Below, in pieces: positions 55,700 to 64,000 of a DNA stretch of 64,000 nt; within the stretch, counting starts at the first letter, position 1; each line of letters begins with the position of its first letter. The notes below the pieces were generated by a model that saw only the letters and a program-made list of their open reading frames with translations, was not told where the DNA came from and ran no database searches. This DNA is from Prasinococcaceae sp. CCMP 1430. Its lineage: Eukaryota; Plantae; Prasinodermophyta. Where the stretch lies: the NCBI GenBank assembly GCA_013416795.1, contig RQSC01000032.1, positions 452,429-516,428 of the forward strand, written 5' to 3'. Made by a program: the position numbers and the translations under genes.

Positions 55700-57002
55700 A
55701 TGAGCGGGAGCGCCCTCCTCGAGCGCGAGGGTGCCGCCGTCGCCGCGCTTGATGTGGCTGCGGCCAGGGGCGCCGGTGCGGCGCGCGGTGGCCGAGCGTG
55801 CTGCGCCCCGTGCCGCGTGCTGCATGTCTGGTCTGGCCCGCGCTGCCTGTCGACGTCGTGCTTGTATGCCTTTGCGCAGGTGCGCCGCGCGCTCGCGCTC
55901 GTGCAAGAGCACCCGCAGAGTTGCGCGCTCGAGCATGACAGCAGTCGCAGCAGCCTGGCGGCCTGCAGGTGCTGATGCCCACACTCGCACGCGTGCCGTC
56001 GCTCCCACTCGCGTGCACGCAGCACGGGCGCGTTGCGCGCGTTCTGGACGAGCCGCTGTACGCGCACTGGCTGCACCGACACCCAGAGGTGGAGCGACCG
56101 TACAAGGAGGCGCTTTTTGCATCGCAGAGCTCCGACGGCCAGGACGTGCTAGACAGGCTGGTGTGTGCGGAGACGGGCTCCAGTCCAGAAACGGCGCCCA
56201 TGGAGGTGGGCAACAGTGGCGCTGCGCCATGCCATCCCTCGCCTGGCCCGCGCATGCAGAGCATCGAGCGCTCGCTCCCCAGCGTGCTGCTGACGGCATC
56301 AGCTTTGCGCCGCACTTTGCTCGCAGGGCAAGGAGGCGCTTGGCGCGATGGGGGTGACGTACGTCAAACACATCGGCAAATTCTACTGCGGAAATCTGCG
56401 ACTGGCGCCACAGCTGACCGCCCCGGGGCACTACCACGTGGTGATGGCGCGAGACCCAGAGCGCGTCCTGGGCTCGTTTGCTGAGGTCGTCACGCCTGAT
56501 ATGGCCGAAACAGGCTACCCTGAGCTGCTACAGATCGTGCACGAGCTCGACGAAGCACGCGCGCCACTGTTGTGCGTCGACGCCAACGAGCTCGCCGCCG
56601 ACGCCGAGCGCACGCTGCGGCGCATGTGTGCATTCAGCGGCATCGGCTGGGACGAGGGTATGCTAAGCTGGGATGCGGGCGGACGACCCGAAGACGGCGT
56701 TTGGGCGCCGTACTGGTGCGAGTCTGCGCGCACTCCCGCTCGCTCCCACCGCCGCGGCGCGATGCTTCCAGCTCGCGACGCACTGTGACCCTGCCCCATC
56801 CCCCGCGCTGACATCGCGGGGCGCGCCCAGGTACGGCTCGGTGCACGCCAGCACAGGCTTTGAGCGTGCAGCAGGTGAGCGCCCGCCACGCGCGCAGCTT
56901 CCAGATGCGCTGAGGCCGCTCGCGGAGGAATGCACGCCCCTCTACAGGGCCATCGTCGAGAGGGCCGCCGCGGACAAAGTCAAATACGCAAGCTCAAGCT
57001 AG
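55700..57002 (+). CDS. stand-alone sulfotransferase-like P-loop protein (homologue of the N-terminal domain of plant BCAT-like proteins), multi-exon
   Basis: RVLHVWSGPRCLSTSCLYAFAQ | VLDEPLYAHWL | YVKHIGKF..HVVMARDP..TGYPELL..VDANEL..ML.WDAG.RPEDGVWAPYW | YGSVHASTGF. About three introns; boundaries approximate. Confidence 0.8.
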
Positions 57003-57129
57003 GGGAGAGCAGGAGTCAACACACACAAAGAGTACCATACCAAAGCAGCCGCGGGCGCTTGGCGTTCGTTACGCTCGGCGTCCTTCAATAATTGTTACAT
57101 GTACATACTGTTACACACGGAAATACCAT

Positions 57130-59007
57130 TCACTCGGGTGGCGGCTGGACGAACACCTCCTCCTCGGCGTACTCGTCGCCCAGCTCACAATTTGCCCTGC
57201 ACGTGTACACGGCGATAGTGCCAAAGTCGAGCGTTTCCGCTTTGTCGCCGCCAGCGTCGGCGCGCATGAAGTGCAGTAGCTGCGGCAGCACCTGTGCGTA
57301 GGCCACATGCGCACGGGTGGGCGCCGGTCAGACGCATGACAAGTCGGAGGTTTTGTACAGATGCGCGCATGGAAGTGCTGGGGCGTGCGTTGCCAGCATG
57401 AGATCTCGCAGGAGGACTGCCTTCCGGATCATTGGCGAGTACCGCCTAGCCGCAAGGTAATTAATCCCGCTTGTTCGCCGCGTCGCTGCGGGCGATGCTG
57501 TGCGCGCGTTCGGGTCCAGACAGCCGCCCGCGCGCGCGCGCGCGCACGCACACACACACACGCCCACGAACTCACACACGCATGCGGATCCGCGCGAAAG
57601 CGAGCGTCTCACCTGGTATTCGAAGATTCTCTCCCCCCCACAGCGCGGGCACGCCGGCGGCGGCCTGGGCGCCCCGGGCGTCTTCCTTGGCCACAGCGGC
57701 GCGCCGGCCGCAGTGCTGCGGCAGTGACGCAACACCTGCTCAGGCGCCGCCGCACAGCGCGCCTGGAAGCTCACCCATTGCCTGCGCTCCGGGTCGAACT
57801 GTAGGTCGGCGGCGGAGGGCATCGCCTCGGCCGGCAGGCCATGTGCTTGTCCCGCGCCGTCGGCCTTCTCCGCGGCCGAGTAGCGTTGCAGGAGCTGCTC
57901 GACGCTCGCGCTGTTCGACAGACACTCCTCTTCGGGCTCGACCACGAGCTCGAGCTCTGGCCACTGGCCGCTCGGGCCTACACCGCCCTCGCTCGCGCGC
58001 ACCCATGAGCTCGCGTCCGCACCACCCTCGGACCCCGAGCCTTCGTCGTCACTGTCGGTATCAGGATCGGGCAGCGCTTCATAACTAAAATGCGCGTTCC
58101 GCCGAGGGAGCTGCCCGCGAAGCGCACGGCACGCCCCGCCCCCGTGCTTGGCGACGCAACGACCGTCAGCGCAGCAGAACAGGAAAACGGTGCGGTGGAA
58201 GGTCGCCTCGTGGCCGCCCCCCACAGCGTCGCCCGCCATGACGGGGCAGTACACCTGCGTAAGAAGCGGCGCCACGCCCCCGCATTTCCTGCATGTCTGC
58301 GCAGCCGCCGCGGCCTTCCGATTGCCCATGCGCGCATGCGCAGCAGCCATTTTGGTGCGTACGGTGTGCGTTTGTGGAAGTGGGGGGCAGGGGGTGGGGC
58401 GGGTGGATGGGGTGGGGTGGGCGTTTTACCCCAAGCGCCCCGCGGGTGTGTGGCGCCGTGCAAGTCAGCAACGCCAGCCTCCGCGAGCGGGGCGGTCAGG
58501 CACGAGGACCTGCCGAGTCAGTGCATATTACTATAGAGTCCTCACTGGGGCCGTCCGAAAAGAGAAGTGGGCGCCCCCGTCACGCAAGCAAAGTGTCCTC
58601 CTCCCTCGGCTGGGACGCTGCCAGCACGCGCTCGCCCATTCGCGCTCACGCACCGAGCCCTCAGTGGGCGGCGCGAGCCACGCAGGCTCGCCGCCGACCT
58701 TCGACGGGAAGTAGGCCGCCGCCATCGCCGCGCGCGCTCGAGGCCGCTCGGCGAAGCCCAGCATCACCTCCTCCTCACACTCCTCGTCGAGGTCGCCGTC
58801 CGACTCCGAGTCCGAGCCGACCGCTTCGCACTCCCCGGCGCCGGCTGCAGCACCGACCTCCAGCGCTGCGATCTCCTCGGCGGCGGCCGCCACACCGCCC
58901 GCGTCGCCCAGCGCCACGCCAACGGCGCAACTCGCTCCAGCCGCGTCGCCCTCGCCGCCCGCATCGCCGTTTGCCGTCGCCTTGGCGGAGGCGGGCGCCT
59001 CCCCCAT
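57130..59007 (-). CDS. PDCD2: PDCD2/TSR4-family protein (uS5 chaperone family), 3 exons
   Basis: VMLGF..YFPSKVGGEPAWL | CRKCG..LLTQVYCP..FHRTVFLFCC..C..EQVLR..PLW..CPRCGGERIFEYQ | VLPQLL..LDFGTIAVYTC..C..EEVFVQ. Confidence 0.88.
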
Positions 59008-59596
59008 GGCTGGCGGCAGCGCGCACGCCGAGCGCCGCGTCGCAGCCGCCGTTGCCGGTTGCGCTGCGGGCGGCACTGCTGCCTGCGCCGCGCGCGCACG
59101 GCGGGGGGCGGGGTGCGCGCGCGGGTGCGGAAGGGCGGTCGAGGAGGGTGGTCCTTCAAGGACGTGCGCCGCCCTCCGCGTTCGCAAGGTGTGGCGAGGG
59201 CTGCGCTTGCTCGCCACCTCCACGTCACCCCAGCAAGGCATGTCGCCGCCGCCAACTTGAAACGACGGTGTATATCAACGAAATTGAAATGCGTTCCTCT
59301 CGACTTAAATACAATGACGTTCAAAATACGGACGCAGTGATCCCTAAAAAATAAACGCCGATTCGTGCCCGCAAACGCGGCGGCGGCTGTGGCAGCCGCA
59401 GCTGCCAGAGCGCGCGCTCTCGCACGAGGGAGAGCCAGGGGGGTGAGGGGTGGGGGGGTGGGGGGGTGGGGTGGGGGGTCGCGCCTCACCCCCTCGCGCT
59501 TTCTCAACCGCTGTTGCCGCCTCCGCCCGCGGTGCTCGCTGGTGACCGTCCGTGCACCACCGGAGCTGCCGACTGCGGACGCAGCCGACCGCGCCG

Positions 59597-62063
59597 ATGG
59601 TGAAGCGCAGGCGCGGCGAGGACCCCGCGGCGGATGCCGCGGCGTCCGCCGCGGCGGAGGAGGCACGCACAGCGTGCGAAGAGGTCATCGCTCGCATCAC
59701 CGAACACGCCGCCGCGAAGCGGCTCAAGGCGGCCGCGGCGGCGTACGCGGAGCTCGCGCAGCGGCGGCTGCCCGACTCGCTGCGCGCGCGCACGGCGCTG
59801 CTGCACGCACACGTGAACGCCGGCGACCGCGCGGGTGCATGGGCGCAGCTGGAGGGCATCAAGGCCGCGGGCTTCACCCCAAATGTGGTGGTGTTCACGG
59901 CGCTGCTCAAGGCAGATTCGCTCGCGGGTGACGTGCGCGGGGCGCGCTCGACGCTTGACGCGATGGTCGGGTGCCGTCCGCGCCCCGTGCTGCCGGACAC
60001 GCGCGCGGTCAATACCTTCCTGCGCTGCTGCTCGCGCTGCGGCGACACGGGTGCTGCCGTGGAGATCTACGCGCGCATGGCGGACGAGTGGGAGGTGCTC
60101 CCTGATGCAACGACCTACCGGCTGCTGTCGCGTCTCCTCGCGCAGGCGTTGCGGCTCCACGAGGCGCAGGCGCTCGCCACGCGCCATCGCGAGAGCTCCG
60201 TCACACAGACCGCGGTCGAGGGCGCGCCTGCAGAAACTGGCGCGGGCGCGGGCGCGGTGGCCCATCCGCCAAATCAAGGCACGGAGCTCGTGCCAGGCGG
60301 CGCCTCGTGGGAACAGAAGGCCGCCGCTAAGCGCGCCAAGAAAGAGTGGACGAAGCGCGAGAAGTCGGCCGTGCCACAGTGCATGTTCTGGCAGCGCGGG
60401 CGTTGCGACCGCGGCAATAGCTGCCGCTTCTTCCACGACCCGGCGCTCGCGCCTCAGCTGGTGGCCGAGCTCATGCTCGAGAAACACGGTGAGCATGAGC
60501 GTGCGCGCGTGCTAGAGAGAGAGAGAGAGAGAGAGAGTGGAACGAGGAGTGGCGCGTGCTGTCGATAGCGTGTGCGCGGTTTCGTGTGCGGGCTCGCGCT
60601 GCGCGAACTCCGACAACACAGCCAAATTCGTCGCTTTTGCCGTCGCTCCGCACCCCCTTGCCGCCCAGTCCCGCCGCATCAGCGGTGGCTGCTCTGGGCG
60701 TCGCGGGAGCGTGCGTCGCGGTCACCGGTACTCGACGCCAGACACTGTGTGAGATCTCAACATCGAACCCACCATTCTTTTGGGGGGATGCTAGCTGCGT
60801 GATTCCCACGCCTCGCGCTCGCGACCCGAGGCGAGCAAGTGGCGCTGACACGCGTGCGCACGCATATCTGATCCTCGCCCGGTCCCAGGCGCTGCTGTCG
60901 AGGTTGAGCTCGCCGTAGCGGCTGCGGCTGCGGGTCTATCTGACTGGCCAGCTGCGCGTTCGGCGCTCGAGCGCGCCGGCGCCGCGCGTGCGGCGCTCGA
61001 CGAGGCCGCCGCGCGCGACGCCACCCTGATGGCCGCATTCGATCGCATGCGGCAGGCGGAAATCGACAAGGAGCTTACGCGCCTAAATGAGGCTGCCGTC
61101 GCCGCCAGTCCGAAGTCTGCGAAGAAGCTCGCCAAAATGCTGCGCAACGTCTTCCTCTTCTACCCTGAGCCGACGAAGCCCGACAGCAGCGGCGGCAGCG
61201 GCGGCGGCGGCGGCGGCCGAGAGGACGATGCGGGAGGCTCAAAACCCCGCGGCAAGCACGCGCGTCTCGTTCGCAGGCTGATGGACATGCTGATGCACAC
61301 GGTGGGGCTGGGCGGGCTCGTGGCGGTGGGCGCTGCGGACGCGGCGGCGTTCGAGGCGCGTGTGGGAAAGGTCGTGTCGTCCAAGTGCCGTCTACGCTGG
61401 CGCAAGGTCTTCGGCGTGAAGAAGGGGCGGGAGCTGCTGCCGGTCAAGCTCGAAATCTGCTCGGGCTCGGGCGACTGGGCCGTGGCGCAGGCGCTGGCGG
61501 ATGCGGGCAAAGCTCACTGGGCAGCGATGGAGCTGCGCCACGACCGCGTGTGCCACATCTTCAACCGCGCGCTCTCCGCGGGCGCGACCGACCTGTGCGT
61601 GGTGGGTGGCGACGCGTCGGTGATCGTGCCCGACCACATCGAGCGCGCGTCGGTTGACCACGCCTACATCAACTTCCCCGAGCCGCCCAACCACACCGGC
61701 AACCGCGAGGCCGACACCAAGCACCATCTGCTCACGCCGGCGTTCTTTCGCAACCTGCACGCGGCCCTCAAGCCGGGCGGACGCCTCACAATCTTTTCCG
61801 ACCAGCGCGCCTACTGCGAGCTTCTCTGCGAGACTCTGAGCGAGCTCGCACACGAGCGCGGCGGTGGCTACATGTTCGAGGCTGTGCAGGTGAAGGGCGC
61901 CGAGGCCGTGGTGACGACGGGGGTGCGCGTGCCGCTGCTGTGCGACGTGGCGGACGTGACGGCCGCAGGCCATGCGGTGGCCGCCGAGAGCTACTTCGAC
62001 AAGTTCTGGTCCAACGGTGACATGACCGAGCGCTTCTTCGTGGTCGTCAAGGCACGCGCGTAG
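59597..62063 (+). CDS. PPR - CCCH zinc finger - TrmB-like tRNA m7G methyltransferase (PPR-TGM type)
   Basis: PPR motifs (GFTPNVVVFTALLK; PDTRAVNTFLRCC; PDATTYRLL), CMFWQRGRCDRGNSCRFFH, and TrmB-like LEICSGSG / INFPEP / LKPGG.LTIFSD. Intron 60489-60888 joins the two tracked ORFs in frame. Confidence 0.85.
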
Positions 62064-62811
62064 CGCCGCACGCGCCAATTGTACAGTAAGTAGTAGGATG
62101 TGTACACTGGTGGTGGTGGGGGGGGGGGCGCACCTACGCCGCCTCGACGGCAGAAGCTCTCTCTGAGGCCTCCGCGAGGCTGGCGGTGCGCCCTTCGGCG
62201 ACTGGCGCCGCGCCCTGCGCGCCGCCGAGAATGGCTGTCGCGGACGCGTGCGCGCGCAGGCACGGACTGGCACCGACGTCACGGTTTCCATTCCGGGTCG
62301 TATTTGGGGACCCTTTCGAAGCGGCCGTCCGGCGATCAGTTCGGGTTAAAATACGTAGAGTAATATGGGTCAGAATCACTCTAGGGTTCAAATTGCAATT
62401 CATTCCTGCGCGCAGCACAAACGGACGGGCGGACGTGGTGTGCCCTCGGTCGGATCGCCCTGCAACGGAGCAGGTGCGAGCTGCTTCAGGGCGGCCGGGG
62501 GCGCGGGGGAGGGGCTCAGCGGCGGGTCTCCCTCCCCTCTCGCTCTCGCCTCGCGCGGTCTGCTCTGCCTCGATGCGCGCGCCGCGCAGCGCGCCTCTCG
62601 CCGCCTCGTCGACGACGGCGGCGGCGTCCGCGGCGGNGCTCTGCATTTGCTGTTCGACGGACGGAACCAGGTCCACGCTCCCAGAGTGGCTCGCGGCGCC
62701 GGAGGCGCGCGCCGTCGAGCGGCGGCGGCGGCGCGTGCTCGTGCCCTCGAGCGGCGCCCGCGCCGCTCGCGATAGTAAGATAATGTGTATTTACCCACCC
62801 GCTGCTGCTGC

Positions 62812-63378
62812 TTAGTTGCCGTACTCGAAGGTGACGGCCTTGCCGGTCATCTTAGAGTACACACCCGCGAACGTCTCCAGCTTGTACTCGGAGGTGTTGC
62901 GGTCCTTGGGGTCAAGGAAGACCCTGAGCAGCTTGCTGCCGTCGAGCTTGTAGCGCATGCGCTTGCCGACGATCTCCACGGGGTACACGAGGTCCTCGAG
63001 CAGCGCGTCGTGGACGGCGGTGAGGGTGCGGCTGCGCGGGCGCTGGTCCTTCAGCGACTTGGTGGGGCGCATGATGCGCCTGTTGCCGACGATGACGACG
63101 TCCTTGCCCGAGAACTTCTTCTCGAGCTCGCGCACGAGGCGCTGCTGCACGCGGTTGAACTGCTTCAGCAGCCTGAAGGGCACCTTGATCACGATGGCGC
63201 GGCGGTTGGACGACACATTAACCTCGCTCGCGCCGTTGATGTACAGGTCCTTGAGGTCCGCCTTGAGCTCGGCGTTGGTGGCCTCGAGGTCGAAGAGAGC
63301 CTGCGCCACGGTCTCCTCGAAGTCGGAGGGGGCAGCGCCGCCCTCCTTGACGATCTTCTTGCGCTGCATGGCGGCCAT
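62812..63378 (-). CDS. RPS7: 40S ribosomal protein S7 (eS7)
   Basis: [90 protein letters not shown]. Confidence 0.97.
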   Translation of the reverse strand: MAAMQRKKIVKEGGAAPSDFEETVAQALFDLEATNAELKADLKDLYINGASEVNVSSNRRAIVIKVPFRLLKQFNRVQQRLVRELEKKFSGKDVVIVGNRRIMRPTKSLKDQRPRSRTLTAVHDALLEDLVYPVEIVGKRMRYKLDGSKLLRVFLDPKDRNTSEYKLETFAGVYSKMTGKAVTFEYGN

Positions 63379-64000
63379 GGTTGCAGCTGCGTAGCGGGGC
63401 GATACGGGCATCGCGGTGCGGCCGCACAGGGGCAGCGCGGAACACGGCATGTCAGCGCACGAGCCGAGGAGGCGCTGCCACCGCCTCGCATCGCCCTTCC
63501 CCCCGGCGCGCGGGAGAGCGAGCGCGCGCGCGCTTCCGGACGCCCGCGCGACGCCCAACCGCCCGCGCGGTTGGGGCACCGCAACGCCCCATCAAAACCA
63601 GGAGGGGTGGGCCCTTCCACGCGGCGCCGACCGTTCGTGCGCTCCCAGGCGGCAATGCAGAGGTTGGGGCCGCACGAAAGAGAGCATGCATCGAGTCGGC
63701 GTGTTTCGTTTCCCGTTTCTTGCCGCGTTTGCATTTTTGTATGCATCCATCCGCGCCGCGCGTGCGAATCGCCCCGCGCCCCAACGCCGCGCGCCGGATC
63801 GATTTCGCGGGGTGGTGCGAGGCGAGGGCGGAGGGAGCGGCGGCGCCTGCGCGTTTTTCCCCATCATTCGGTCGGTCGGAGGGGTCGAGAACGTGGGTCG
63901 CGCGATGATGGCGGCGCCCTCGGACGCGCGCGGGGCGAATCGGCCCCGCGCGATTGCGCGCGCGCGCGCGCGCGATCGCCGCGGCGGGCTGCGGATTCGG

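Noticed and set aside
62134-62798. Minus-strand ORF VDLVPSVEQQMQS..AAAVVDEAARGALRG
   Set aside because: Looks partly coding but has no ATG, contains an ambiguous base and shows no recognisable homology.

Overview
Eukaryotic nuclear DNA from a very GC-rich, gene-dense genome. Introns are mostly short (about 90-130 nt; donors GTGCGT/GTGAG/GTAC, CTGAC branch motif, (C/G)CAG acceptors). Together with plastid-type proteins, this points by inference to a prasinophyte-grade green alga. There are about 25 genes or gene fragments. Housekeeping genes include REV3, GAPDH, pyruvate kinase, RecQ, UTP6, TRM1, PDCD2/TSR4, a PPR-CCCH-TrmB protein and RPS7. The most striking accessory content (14.7-36.8 kb) is a three-member family of coiled-coil proteins built from a 78-aa (234-nt) repeat. 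Two members carry the N-terminal membrane hairpin of plastid LPAAT (LPAT1/ATS2) without its catalytic domain. The third carries a hydrophobic segment and a SEA-like module. The apparent split of the first giant gene is an artefact: two 55-nt blocks are complemented in place but not reversed, and un-complementing them restores one ORF of about 2,600 aa. There are also three head-to-head junctions with no promoter space, two of them involving orphan gene fragments (exportin-4 N-terminus; delta/zeta-tubulin-like C-terminus), and several genes lack a visible ATG. No rRNA, tRNA, CRISPR array or transposase was recognised. All family assignments come from motifs recognised by eye; no database searches were run.
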